Below are positions 39,737 to 48,649 of a stretch of DNA of 64,000 nt, piece by piece (the stretch's first letter is position 1; every line of letters begins with the position of its first letter). This stretch comes from a phage. Made by a program: the position numbers and the translations under genes. Under the pieces are notes generated by a model, which was not told the DNA's origin, searched no databases, and saw only the letters and a program-made list of their open reading frames with translations. The stretch lies in the sequence record PZ445427.1; one strand, 5' to 3'.

Positions 39737-40508
39737 TATTATTTTTCTCCAATAGTTCTTTAATCGACAGGATTTCTATCCCATTCGTTTCGGCTTTCTT
39801 ATAAGATGAGGAAGAACGTTTTGATTCATCCTCACAGATTAGGTATTTGACGTCTTTGGTAACGGACTTCTTGACCGTATATCCTAGACTTTCTAAATAG
39901 TTTGTTGCATCCGTTCGATTTGCAAAGTCTTGCAAAGATCCGGTAATACAGACCGTGATTCCATTTGGCTGGGCAACTAAATCATCTGTAATGATGATAT
40001 CAGCTTTAGCACCTCGAATACCAGTTGAGAATTTCCACGGTAGTTCAATAACATCCTTGCCTTGTGGGGAATTTAGCCAGGTTTTGTAATTTTCTCCAGC
40101 CTTGCCGTCAGCCTTCACATCGTGGAAGCTAGTGCAATTTTGGGACAGTTTCTTTGCTGCAACCTCTCCAATAAGAGGAATTCCTAAAGAACCGAGAACT
40201 GAACCAAAGTCAATGTCTCCGCGAACCTTAGTATTTAACTCGCTAATCAACTTAGCGGCAACCTTGCTACCCACAGCTCCTACCAAATCTTCTTCGGTCA
40301 GGTAAAACAGTTCTGAGATCTTAGTCAGCTCCAGCTTCTCAATAGTTTTCGGGCCAAAGCCCTTTAACTTCATTTTTGTGCAGAAGTTCTCGATTAACTT
40401 ACTTGATTGCGCTGGACAGTTGGACTTATTCCTACAGAATAATTGCCCGTTGACAAGATCTAGCTTAGAACCACAAGAGGGACATTGTGTTGGAATTTCG
40501 ATTTTCAT
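39729..40508 (-). CDS. NAD-dependent DNA ligase, C-terminal fragment (Zn-finger, HhH, BRCT); ligB-like
   Basis: N-terminal CPSCGSKL...CRNKSNC zinc ribbon, HhH region, C-terminal BRCT-like domain (VCITGSL...); own promoter upstream; ATG at 40508. Confidence 0.75.
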   Translation of the reverse strand: MKIEIPTQCPSCGSKLDLVNGQLFCRNKSNCPAQSSKLIENFCTKMKLKGFGPKTIEKLELTKISELFYLTEEDLVGAVGSKVAAKLISELNTKVRGDIDFGSVLGSLGIPLIGEVAAKKLSQNCTSFHDVKADGKAGENYKTWLNSPQGKDVIELPWKFSTGIRGAKADIIITDDLVAQPNGITVCITGSLQDFANRTDATNYLESLGYTVKKSVTKDVKYLICEDESKRSSSSYKKAETNGIEILSIKELLEKNNNV

Positions 40509-40538
40509 CAAATTTCTTCCTTATCAATTTATATAAAT

Positions 40539-40567
40539 ATTATAGCAAGTATTTAAGCATTTAGCAA
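40539..40567 (-). promoter_or_regulatory. Early sigma70 promoter inside the ligase spacer, driving the C-terminal ligase fragment
   Basis: On the - strand TTGCTA, 17-nt spacer, TATAAT, then ...AAATTGATAAGGAAG... RBS. Confidence 0.6.
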
Positions 40568-40710
40568 CTACAATTTTAACTAACTTTGCTTACCCTCGCC
40601 ATAACTTTCTATCCCTCAACTGAATGATAATAGTATATACCTAAGCGGCGAAAATGTCAATAACCACTTTATAATTCCGACATGGTAAACGGGTAGCAAA
40701 GGGTTACGAA

Positions 40711-41682
40711 TTAGTCGTATACTCGCTCTACTATACAAGGGATTACACCACCAGCACGAATCACTCGAATCTGGCAACCGATCTCTAAATCGAGAGCGTT
40801 AATATAATCAACGTTATTAAGAGTTGCTTTAACGATTGTGGCATCATCAATAATCACCGGTTCGAAATAACCAACTGGAGTTACTTTACCAGAAGCCCCT
40901 ACTTGCCATTCAACTTTAACAAGTGTGGTAATTTCGCCTTCTTCATCCTCTTTAATAGCAAATGCACCACGAGGAAATTTATTAGTCCAACCTTCACGGA
41001 AGAATTTGTTGTTATCATTAATACGAACAACTTTACCATCCGTCGGAATCCACTTAAAGAAGGAACGAACATTAACAACTGTCAAGAAGTTCTCATTCTC
41101 TAGCCAAAGCATATCTTTTAAATAGGCTTCTGTAATACCGACTGTTTCCGCTGAACACTGGATACCATATGCAACGAAGATTAAACCACCTTCACCAATA
41201 CGTTGCATGAAATCATCGCTGTCTTTCAGGTTAATAGCACCCGAAGCGTAGTTACGTTTGTTCTCTACTTCTTTAGTAATGAGAACTTCACCAGTGATTT
41301 GAGTTGGTACTTTTTGGGAAATAGTTTTGGGGATGTTTAGCATTTTAACATTATGCGTTACATCATTCCCTAGAATACCGTTACCACGAGTTAACGCTTG
41401 AACAAATTCACCATTAATATATAACAGAGAAATTGCACAGCCATCTAACTTATCAGTTTCAACCTGACCTAATGGATTGAATGGAGCTTTATCACCACGA
41501 CCGTAATAGACTTTCTGCAAAGAATACATACGATACAAGTGAGGAATATCACCTTTCGGTCCGATTTCTTCCTCTAGTGGGAATCTTTTAATCAGACGAT
41601 CATATTCTTCATCGGAAATAAGACTCATTCCCTGGTAGTACGCTTCTTGACAACGTTTGATAAAGTCTTTTACATTATTCAT
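40711..41682 (-). CDS. NAD-dependent DNA ligase, N-terminal fragment (adenylation and OB-fold domains); ligA-like
   Basis: 323 aa; adenylation motif KLDGCAIS (catalytic lysine), OB-fold region; ends before the zinc finger that opens the next ORF. Confidence 0.8.
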   Translation of the reverse strand: MNNVKDFIKRCQEAYYQGMSLISDEEYDRLIKRFPLEEEIGPKGDIPHLYRMYSLQKVYYGRGDKAPFNPLGQVETDKLDGCAISLLYINGEFVQALTRGNGILGNDVTHNVKMLNIPKTISQKVPTQITGEVLITKEVENKRNYASGAINLKDSDDFMQRIGEGGLIFVAYGIQCSAETVGITEAYLKDMLWLENENFLTVVNVRSFFKWIPTDGKVVRINDNNKFFREGWTNKFPRGAFAIKEDEEGEITTLVKVEWQVGASGKVTPVGYFEPVIIDDATIVKATLNNVDYINALDLEIGCQIRVIRAGGVIPCIVERVYD

Positions 41683-41875
41683 CGTCTGCGATTTCCATTT
41701 TGAGTTCTTTATTATACTGAGCAGCCATACCAGCTAAATCAGCAGCTTCTTTTAACCACGCATCTTTGTACGCTTTCTGGTTTGGAGTGCCAATATTGTC
41801 CTGATAATTGATCTTTGCTATGGAAAGCAAATTAAGTTTTGCTTGAATCTTTGGAAGTGTTATTGTCATTGCCAT
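41675..41875 (-). CDS. Hypothetical small protein
   Basis: ATG (MAMTITLPK...) preceded by GAGAGGA RBS and a TATAAT promoter; overlaps the ligase fragment start. Confidence 0.4.
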   Translation of the reverse strand: MAMTITLPKIQAKLNLLSIAKINYQDNIGTPNQKAYKDAWLKEAADLAGMAAQYNKELKMEIADDE

Positions 41876-41960
41876 AATTGATCCTCTCATCAATTTATAT
41901 AAATATTATATATGAAAACTGAGTCGAAAGCAAGTACATTTATAAAGAAAAAGCCAAGAA

Positions 41961-42269
41961 CTAGGCATTCTTGGCTTTGAGTTCTTCAGCTCGTTTCTGT
42001 ACTTCATGCAAGACCTCGGATTCACTGAGGATTTGCGTAAAAGCGTAGAATAGCTGTGACGTAGTTTCTAGGGTATAAGGAAAAGAGAAGCCGGATTTCG
42101 TTGGAAACCACTCTCCAGTAATATCTTGGAGCCAGTAACGAATTCCCATGTATAGATTCCCACGAAATTCAGATACGGTTAGTCTTACTTGTTCTCCCTC
42201 CTTCTCCCAAAGCATGATGGACTGGTCGTCAACGTGTCCTTCATAGTTTTGATTTACCTGATCGCTCAT
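41961..42269 (-). CDS. PC4-like ssDNA-binding protein (putative)
   Basis: 102 aa; segment VRLTVSEFRGNLYMGIRYWLQDITGEWFPTKSGFSF matches the PC4/Sub1 core pattern (v.vs.F.G...idIReYw...g...PgkKGisl); terminator hairpin embedded in the 3' end. Confidence 0.55.
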   Translation of the reverse strand: MSDQVNQNYEGHVDDQSIMLWEKEGEQVRLTVSEFRGNLYMGIRYWLQDITGEWFPTKSGFSFPYTLETTSQLFYAFTQILSESEVLHEVQKRAEELKAKNA

Positions 42270-42284
42270 TTACATATCCCAAAT

Positions 42285-42310
42285 ACACAAAAAGCCCCAT
42301 ATAGGGGCTA
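42285..42310 (-). terminator. Intrinsic terminator after gene 42320-42616
   Basis: Hairpin agcccc-atat-aggggct with T-tract on the - strand. Confidence 0.6.
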
Positions 42311-42319
42311 ATTGGTTTC

Positions 42320-42616
42320 TTATCGGCCTACTGGAGAAGCACGATCTAACTCTGACTGGAGGCTCGTCACACGGCGAACTTTCGCAACAGGAATGAAACG
42401 GAAGCTATCGTTAGTACGAGAGAAAACGAGGATTTCATCTTCTTTCGGCTTACGGATGCGCTCACGTTTAATACGCTCAGCCAGGTATTTATCCTGAGCT
42501 GGATCAAATTCCATCGTACCCTGAAGGTACGTGGTTCCTTTCTGACGAAGTTTTTCGTAATGAAGATAAAACTCACCAAATTTTTCGCATTGAGCAATAA
42601 TTTCAGCTTTATTCAT
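42320..42616 (-). CDS. Hypothetical protein
   Basis: 98 aa ORF followed by an intrinsic terminator. Confidence 0.4.
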   Translation of the reverse strand: MNKAEIIAQCEKFGEFYLHYEKLRQKGTTYLQGTMEFDPAQDKYLAERIKRERIRKPKEDEILVFSRTNDSFRFIPVAKVRRVTSLQSELDRASPVGR

Positions 42617-42652
42617 AACTGTATTCCTTGTGTTGGTGGATTTATCTAAGAA

Positions 42653-43063
42653 TTACTTAGTGATAGCTCGGATAGCTTCTGCCAGATGAGCAGCTGCTTT
42701 ACCGGTCAGCTTGTCGATGATTGCGTCGTCCAGGAAGTCCGGTGCTAAGCCAGCATCAGAGAATGCAGAGCGAAGATCGGAGTGAGCCTGAGCTTTGGAA
42801 GTACGAGAACCACCAGAAGCTTTTTCTCCAGTAGATGCGTTTGATTTAGAAGTAGAGCCAGCAGCTTTCTTGATATACAGACCTGCTTTGGTCAGCTTCA
42901 TACGGAAACCGTTCGGAGTTACACCATTTTCCTGAGCAATTTCGCTAACAATTTCCATGCTAACGCCCGGACGCTCATCTTCTGGGAATTGCTCCATACG
43001 AGCAACGTAGTCGGAAGACATTTTTTCGAACAGTTCATCAGTCCACTGAGTTGGAGTAGTCAT
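42653..43063 (-). CDS. Hypothetical protein with one HTH-like repeat related to those of 38969-39736
   Basis: 136 aa; segment SMEIVSEIAQENGVTPNGFRMKLTKAGL resembles the repeat unit of the 255-aa protein; host-like codon usage. Confidence 0.45.
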   Translation of the reverse strand: MTTPTQWTDELFEKMSSDYVARMEQFPEDERPGVSMEIVSEIAQENGVTPNGFRMKLTKAGLYIKKAAGSTSKSNASTGEKASGGSRTSKAQAHSDLRSAFSDAGLAPDFLDDAIIDKLTGKAAAHLAEAIRAITK

Positions 43064-43170
43064 ATTTTTCGATTTCCTTAATTAAGAATTAAACAGAATA
43101 GTTCTTTCAAACTATGAGAATATTATATCAAGAATTACAGGATTAAGCAACTGAAATTTTTCAGTAACTG

Positions 43171-43425
43171 CTACACATCTAGTTCAACGATCTCCCAATC
43201 GTCGGCCAGAGCTTCGTCTAGAGTTAGCTCAGTGGTTTTCCACGATGCATCGTCTAGCGTGAGTTTAGTACGCCCATCTTTAGACCACCACCAAGTAAAT
43301 TCTATAATGTCGTTATTATCAACATCTACTTTGATGATAGTGGTAGAATAAGTATTATTTTCCCAGCTATCTCGCTGGAGATATTTTACGTCTCCAGCTT
43401 TTAACAGATCAGTTAGTTTACTCAC
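43171..43425 (-). CDS. Hypothetical small acidic protein
   Basis: 84 aa, acidic C-terminal half (DEALADDWEIVELDV); overlaps the upstream gene by 8 nt. Confidence 0.4.
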   Translation of the reverse strand: MSKLTDLLKAGDVKYLQRDSWENNTYSTTIIKVDVDNNDIIEFTWWWSKDGRTKLTLDDASWKTTELTLDEALADDWEIVELDV

Positions 43426-44122
43426 GGCGTTTTCCTTTCTCTTTATCGAGTTTCAGTGCAGCTTTAACAGCTTCATTAACCAACGTGATAACTTCTTCAC
43501 GGCTCCATTTAAAGCCAAGAGCCTTAACATCAACTCCCAGCTTTTCCAGATGTTTAACAGAAGCTAATTCGTAGTGCATATAGTGAACGTTCTGTTGTTT
43601 ACCTTCTGATAACAACCAAACACGGTAGCAGCCAACTGGGTTAGTCATTGCTTTCTTGATTTCACCAATACACTGATAGCCAGGAACCCAAACAAGTTCA
43701 CCAACTTCAAATTCTTCTGCCATTGCATCATCAGGAATCAACGGAGGATTCAATGGATCAACAATATCGTTTAAACGAAGTAGAGCACCATAACGTTCCA
43801 GAACAGATTTAATCATCGCTACAGAACGATAGTTACGATCAGCAATTTCTTCAAAAGAATCACCAGAAAGATACTGTTCAATTACGTTTGCAAGCTCAAC
43901 CCCCTCAATCAGTGTTCCGCGCTTCTTCTTTTTCATTTCCGCAACTTGAACCTGACGATCTCTCCATTCCTCGATCATTCGTTCCATAGTTGGGTTAGAA
44001 GAAACGCCGAGCATTTCACATGCTGCTTTCTTAGTACCACCATTCTCCAGATGTTCAATAACCTTTTTAAAGGTTTCATCAGGGATTTCATGGATAAGTT
44101 TCTTTCTACGAGAACCAGCCAT
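43418..44122 (-). CDS. Putative DNA-binding protein with N-terminal HTH, first gene behind the PN25-type promoter
   Basis: 234 aa; HTH-like segment GTKKAACEMLGVSSNPTMERMIEEW; GAGAGAGGAG RBS. Confidence 0.5.
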   Translation of the reverse strand: MAGSRRKKLIHEIPDETFKKVIEHLENGGTKKAACEMLGVSSNPTMERMIEEWRDRQVQVAEMKKKKRGTLIEGVELANVIEQYLSGDSFEEIADRNYRSVAMIKSVLERYGALLRLNDIVDPLNPPLIPDDAMAEEFEVGELVWVPGYQCIGEIKKAMTNPVGCYRVWLLSEGKQQNVHYMHYELASVKHLEKLGVDVKALGFKWSREEVITLVNEAVKAALKLDKEKGKRRE

Positions 44123-44153
44123 ATTTAAACTCCTCTCTCAAATTTATGAATCT

Positions 44154-44182
44154 ATTATACAGAAAAATTTTCCTAAAAGCAA
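44154..44182 (-). promoter_or_regulatory. T5 PN25-type strong early promoter
   Basis: The - strand reads TTGCTTTTAGGAAAATTTTTCTGTATAATAGATTCATAAATTTGAGAGAGGAGTTTAAATATG, nearly identical to the PN25 sequence as I recall it. Confidence 0.8.
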
Positions 44183-44190
44183 ATAAATTT

Positions 44191-44424
44191 TTACGATTCT
44201 TTGAGCAAAGAAGCAAGTTCAGCATAGACTTTATCTAACTCAAAGCCAATGCGAAGAGACACACGAGTCTTCCGTTGTTTAAGTAACCATATGGAGACGT
44301 TAGGGATGCCAGCGAGACGAGGTGGTACAACCCTACATAGTTTCTCCGCAGTATCGTAAACAGAAGTTTTACGTTCTTTTACGGGAAACTTCCTTGTTTC
44401 CCACTTTTTATTCTTCGCTGTCAT
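44191..44424 (-). CDS. Hypothetical small basic protein
   Basis: ORF starting MTAKNKKWETRK..., overlapping the stop of the upstream large gene by about 17 nt. Confidence 0.35.
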   Translation of the reverse strand: MTAKNKKWETRKFPVKERKTSVYDTAEKLCRVVPPRLAGIPNVSIWLLKQRKTRVSLRIGFELDKVYAELASLLKES

Positions 44425-47197
44425 TTCTAGCCCCCAATTCAGCAAGAGCTTCCTCATGCATCTGACGTTCTTCATCTGTCATAAACTTAACTGGAATCGG
44501 CATACATTCGATCTTACAGTAAGTTCTGTACCAGTCCACAATCTTTTCCGTATCCAGATCTTTACCGATACCCATCATGCCAAGATACATACGAGCATAT
44601 TTTGGGTTAGCGCTCTGACCTGTCTTAAGGAAGAAATCCTTCTTCTTATTCTTAAGAGCTTCGATAAACGGTTTGATTGTTACGTTTGAACACTTTTTAA
44701 TATCTTCCCAGAACATGTCGTGCATCTTATGGAAGAATGCAGCTCTATCGTTTGGTTTATCCTTGATATACTGTTCAACGTGTTCCACTGTTACATCTTT
44801 AATAGAATCCAGATGATAATAGCGAACCAGAAGTAACTTGGCTTCATAGGCATCTGCATGACGTGGTGCACAATATTCAGGAGTTGAGTGCAAAATAGCT
44901 TTGATTCGCTCTTCTGTATACTCTTTTCCTGCACCTTCGATAGTTCCCCAGCTTTCGCTGAAAATATCGATAGTTGCACCCTGATCAAGCAGATAATAAC
45001 GCAAAGTACTAGTATAGTTTCTAGATTCCAGCTCACGACGACGTGCGTACAGTTGTTGGGCTAACTCAATCCAACCTTCGTCAATATTATATTGCTCGGA
45101 ACCCGCAGAAAATCCACTCGTAGATTTATCAATAAAATAATAAATGTTCTGAGCACCACGGTCGCGCCTGATTGCTTGAAAACGCATGTTTGGCGCTTGG
45201 TTTGAGGTTCGAGTGATAACAAATACGTTATCAAAATAGTTAAAGTCAACACCACTTGTTACAGATGGACTACATAATAAACAATCAATCTGTTGATCAA
45301 TTAGCTCATTAGTTGTATAATCCAGAATACGACGGATATCTACATCAGACGTAGAGTTTGAGTGAATTTCTTTAACTAACGCACCTGTATTACGACGTAA
45401 TGCCATTCCCTTTTCATTCAGTTCATCCGGTCCACAGTCAGATACTAGGATTGATTTCTCACCCATCTCTAGAGATGTTTGAAGTGCAACCCAAATACTG
45501 GATTCGTCAGGGAATTCATAAGCGTGAGCTTTCGCCAGCATTTTACGGTGGTGATTATAAAATGCGACTGGTTTATCAAAATCAATCAAAGAACCATAGG
45601 CTTCAATCGTTTCTGCACTGATATCACCATCAGATAAGATCACCGTTTTAGCAGTAATAAGAATATCGCGAAGAACCTGTATACATTCACGACGGTTTTT
45701 AACAACCGGAGCGAATAACAGATCATTCATTACTGCGTCACATTCATCAATAAAGATCGTATCAATCTGACCCACAAAGCTCTTGAACTTATGGATAGAG
45801 TGAATAGTTGAAGACATACGATCAATGGCACCACGTTTGAAGTTCAGCATATCAACTGACTTATCATACTGACCAGCACTGAATTTCTTCGCGTTTGAAG
45901 ATACAAGTGCCCTAGTATTCGTGATTGCAATAAAGTTTCCTGGAAGAACACCTGCATCTAGCCACTTAGTTACTGCTGTGGTTTTACCTGTACCAAGACT
46001 TGCCTTAACAAATGTTAAATGTCCTTTTGGTGGTACAATGTTAATTTTCAGGTATGGAACTTCTGGTGGAGAATCTGTATCCAGACGTTTTAATGGTACG
46101 CCTTTTAAGTTGGGCGGAATCTCACGTTTGGAGTTATTTACAAAGGCTTTGAGAGCCTGCTTACGACCGTTATTAAAGTAATCTTGAATATTACGACTAT
46201 TATCTTTAGTTGCAATATATTCAGATAAAGCTGGTTTAATCTCACGTTCTAACCACGTAAAGTCAACACCATCTTCTAACGCTCTGTGATAAAGTTTTGG
46301 GATAATACGCAGGTACACCCCATCCTCAGCTTCTTCTAGTTCGCTGATGGTTTCTTCCACTTTATCAGATGCAGCCTTCTTGCCTTTAATTTGGTCAAGT
46401 AAGGAGTAGAATTCTTCTTTAAACTCACCTCTAGTTGTTTCAAAGTCAACTAGGTTATTGGGTAGATTCACTTTCGAACCCTTAACATACACAAGACGTG
46501 GTTTATTCTCCGCTTTAAACGGATCGACTATACCATCATCAAATAAGGGATCTGCGAAATAGTGAAGCTGAACAGAAGAATAATAAGCTAAGTCAGCAAT
46601 ATCAAAGCCATACTTTTGCTTACTACTGTCATTGATGGATGTAAATAAGAATTTTAATTGCCCCTGCGTTACCTTGACATTAGATTCTAGCATTAAGTGC
46701 ATTCGGATACCTGGTTTTAATCCAGCCGAAGACGATGCATGAGCAATAAACCCTGCATCAAGAGGAAACATATCCTCACTAATACTATTCAACATCTTAA
46801 TAATATGACGTGCCATGCCAACAAGATTAAACTTGTCATAGCCACCAGTATCTACAATACCATCCACGTCCATAGCGATAATATGACTAGGATTGGATAC
46901 GTTAAAGTTTCCTCTGGTACGACGCACATTATCTTTTGGGGCTAGACATTTACCACGAATAGCTACAATATGCGGGTCTTTGGTAAGACGACGCATGATA
47001 GGTAACATTTCAGCAAGGTTTTGCGGGTCAAGTTCTTCAAGTACATCAAATTTGAAGGGCATGGAAGCTGGTTTACCTTCTGGATGCTCTTTAGAGAATC
47101 GCTTTGCAAAGGTGTAATCTTCCACTTTGATCTCTTTCCAGATGCCAGTGGCTTTATCTCTGGAAAATCCTGCGTGACCTTGTAGGATTGAGAACAC
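44408..47197 (-). CDS. Large replication-associated P-loop ATPase / SF2 helicase-like protein (putative origin-binding or replication initiation helicase)
   Basis: Walker A KASLGTGKTT and DExD-like Walker B IFIDECD in the middle of a 930-970 aa protein; track start is 47320, but the first 41 codons are Cys/Asn-rich low complexity; an in-frame GTG at 47197 has an AGGAG RBS at 7-nt spacing. Confidence 0.55.
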   Translation of the reverse strand: MFSILQGHAGFSRDKATGIWKEIKVEDYTFAKRFSKEHPEGKPASMPFKFDVLEELDPQNLAEMLPIMRRLTKDPHIVAIRGKCLAPKDNVRRTRGNFNVSNPSHIIAMDVDGIVDTGGYDKFNLVGMARHIIKMLNSISEDMFPLDAGFIAHASSSAGLKPGIRMHLMLESNVKVTQGQLKFLFTSINDSSKQKYGFDIADLAYYSSVQLHYFADPLFDDGIVDPFKAENKPRLVYVKGSKVNLPNNLVDFETTRGEFKEEFYSLLDQIKGKKAASDKVEETISELEEAEDGVYLRIIPKLYHRALEDGVDFTWLEREIKPALSEYIATKDNSRNIQDYFNNGRKQALKAFVNNSKREIPPNLKGVPLKRLDTDSPPEVPYLKINIVPPKGHLTFVKASLGTGKTTAVTKWLDAGVLPGNFIAITNTRALVSSNAKKFSAGQYDKSVDMLNFKRGAIDRMSSTIHSIHKFKSFVGQIDTIFIDECDAVMNDLLFAPVVKNRRECIQVLRDILITAKTVILSDGDISAETIEAYGSLIDFDKPVAFYNHHRKMLAKAHAYEFPDESSIWVALQTSLEMGEKSILVSDCGPDELNEKGMALRRNTGALVKEIHSNSTSDVDIRRILDYTTNELIDQQIDCLLCSPSVTSGVDFNYFDNVFVITRTSNQAPNMRFQAIRRDRGAQNIYYFIDKSTSGFSAGSEQYNIDEGWIELAQQLYARRRELESRNYTSTLRYYLLDQGATIDIFSESWGTIEGAGKEYTEERIKAILHSTPEYCAPRHADAYEAKLLLVRYYHLDSIKDVTVEHVEQYIKDKPNDRAAFFHKMHDMFWEDIKKCSNVTIKPFIEALKNKKKDFFLKTGQSANPKYARMYLGMMGIGKDLDTEKIVDWYRTYCKIECMPIPVKFMTDEERQMHEEALAELGARNDSEE

Positions 47198-47693
47198 AAC
47201 AATACTCCTATGTTGGTTATTCGGATATCTTTCTTTAGGACTATTCAAAAGAATAGAACAACTATTACTACCATTTACACAAACATTAATCATCATCAAG
47301 CAGTATGAATAAGTTATCATACCTCAGTGCTGCGCTCTCTTAACTCTTATCCAGATCAGAACCTAGGTCATTGGCCGCTAAGCCGATTCTGATTGCCCTC
47401 ACTATCCTATTGGTAGGTGGCTACTGGACGTGTCACCATTCGCTGCTCTTTTCGTTCGCACCCCCATATAAAGCTCTGCCTATATAACGAGCTAAATATG
47501 CACGGTTTGGATTTACCTTTCCGAATTCAGGGTACGCAGATCACTTAATTGATAATTAACTAATGCAGTATAAACACTAGTAATAGTTAAAACAACCCTT
47601 AATGGGGCAGCCTAACTGTTCCGTATTGCGGATTGTAAACAAGAAAAATTAGCAAAATCAATTTTTACTAATGTCTCTCAATTCAATATAAAT

Positions 47694-47722
47694 ATTATAT
47701 CAAGATTTTGAGCATCCTGCAA
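47694..47722 (-). promoter_or_regulatory. Sigma70 promoter with no adjacent ORF, heading into the long untranslated region
   Basis: On the - strand TTGCAG, 17-nt spacer, TATAAT, followed by ATTTATATTGAATTGAGAGAC leader; next credible start codon is 370-500 nt downstream. Confidence 0.5.
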
Positions 47723-47760
47723 GTAAAATTTTTCCGAAGGTGCTATCAGTGTCTTTGAGC

Positions 47761-47790
47761 ACAGAGAAAACCGAGCCAAAATGACTCGGT
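47761..47790 (-). terminator. Intrinsic terminator at the end of the Sir2-like operon
   Basis: On the - strand hairpin ACCGAG-TCATTTTGG-CTCGGT followed by TTTTCTCTG. Confidence 0.55.
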
Positions 47791-47813
47791 AATCAGGATT
47801 GGACTAATGAAAA

Positions 47814-48209
47814 TCAATCATCATTTAGGCCTGGAACATAGATCCCAATGCGATTTAATTGACCTTTAGCTTCTTCGAGAATATCTTCGGTGTACTCCCA
47901 AATATCATCTTCTACTTGCAAAAGATAAGGGGATTCACCAGTTTCGGGGTCACGTGTAATGGCTAAGCCACGTGGATGGAATATAGAGAAGTTGAGGGCA
48001 ACAATCAAGCCCATACTGGACAATTCATTCCAGTCAGCTTCCCAACCATCATCTTCATCTTCGTCCACAAAGACACCTACACTAGGGTCTGTTACAGAAG
48101 TAAACGGAAATGTTACACTAACCTTGTCAACCCCCAACCAACGTGCAAGGAGCCCTTCAGCACGCTCTACCAAACTAGGATCTATCTGACGCCAAAATAC
48201 TTGTTCCAT
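47814..48209 (-). CDS. Hypothetical protein, tandem paralog 2
   Basis: 131 aa; shares motif pattern W.EL..MGL..ALN..F.P.......TGE.P...V......Y..E......L.R.G...PGL with the 142-aa upstream ORF. Confidence 0.5.
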   Translation of the reverse strand: MEQVFWRQIDPSLVERAEGLLARWLGVDKVSVTFPFTSVTDPSVGVFVDEDEDDGWEADWNELSSMGLIVALNFSIFHPRGLAITRDPETGESPYLLQVEDDIWEYTEDILEEAKGQLNRIGIYVPGLNDD

Positions 48210-48218
48210 TCTGCCTCC

Positions 48219-48647
48219 TTAAGCAGTTAAACCTGGGATCATATACCCGAAACGACGAAGTTTCTGAATCCCCTCATTTACTTCTTCGGGCGAATATGAC
48301 CAGCCCTCACGTTCATTTACCTGGAAAGCAGGAGCTTCACCAGTGCGATAGTTTACAATAAGACGGTGATTTGCAGGCATAAACAGCTTATGGTTCAAGG
48401 CAAAAACCAGACCCATTTCATCGAGTTCTTTCCAGTCTACAATTTCTTCTACTCCCTCACCTAAATCCACGCTAACTCCAATACATGGAGCTTCCTCTAG
48501 TGGGCCTTTAAAGGATAGGAAGATATCGTTATTCTCACACCAAATCTTAAGCAGATTGATGGTTTCATTATACATACCATTAGGGAGAGAACGCCAGAAG
48601 TTGAGGAGCATAGGGTTTACCTCTTTCATGAAAAGATTATCGAACAT
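48219..48647 (-). CDS. Hypothetical protein, tandem paralog 1
   Basis: 142 aa; paralogous to 47814-48209. Confidence 0.5.
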   Translation of the reverse strand: MFDNLFMKEVNPMLLNFWRSLPNGMYNETINLLKIWCENNDIFLSFKGPLEEAPCIGVSVDLGEGVEEIVDWKELDEMGLVFALNHKLFMPANHRLIVNYRTGEAPAFQVNEREGWSYSPEEVNEGIQKLRRFGYMIPGLTA

Positions 48648-48649
48648 AT

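Noticed and set aside
44408-47320. Full-length 970-aa version of the replication ATPase starting at 47320
   Set aside because: The first 41 codons are Cys/Asn-rich low complexity, the ATG has no usable RBS spacing, and an in-frame GTG at 47197 has an AGGAG RBS at 7-nt spacing. The shorter gene is reported and the longer start flagged as possible.
47321-47813. Possible tRNA gene in the GC-enriched intergenic region
   Set aside because: No T-loop-like GTTCRANYC motif or acceptor stem/CCA arrangement could be found on either strand; the structure is kept as a finding of unknown type rather than called a tRNA.
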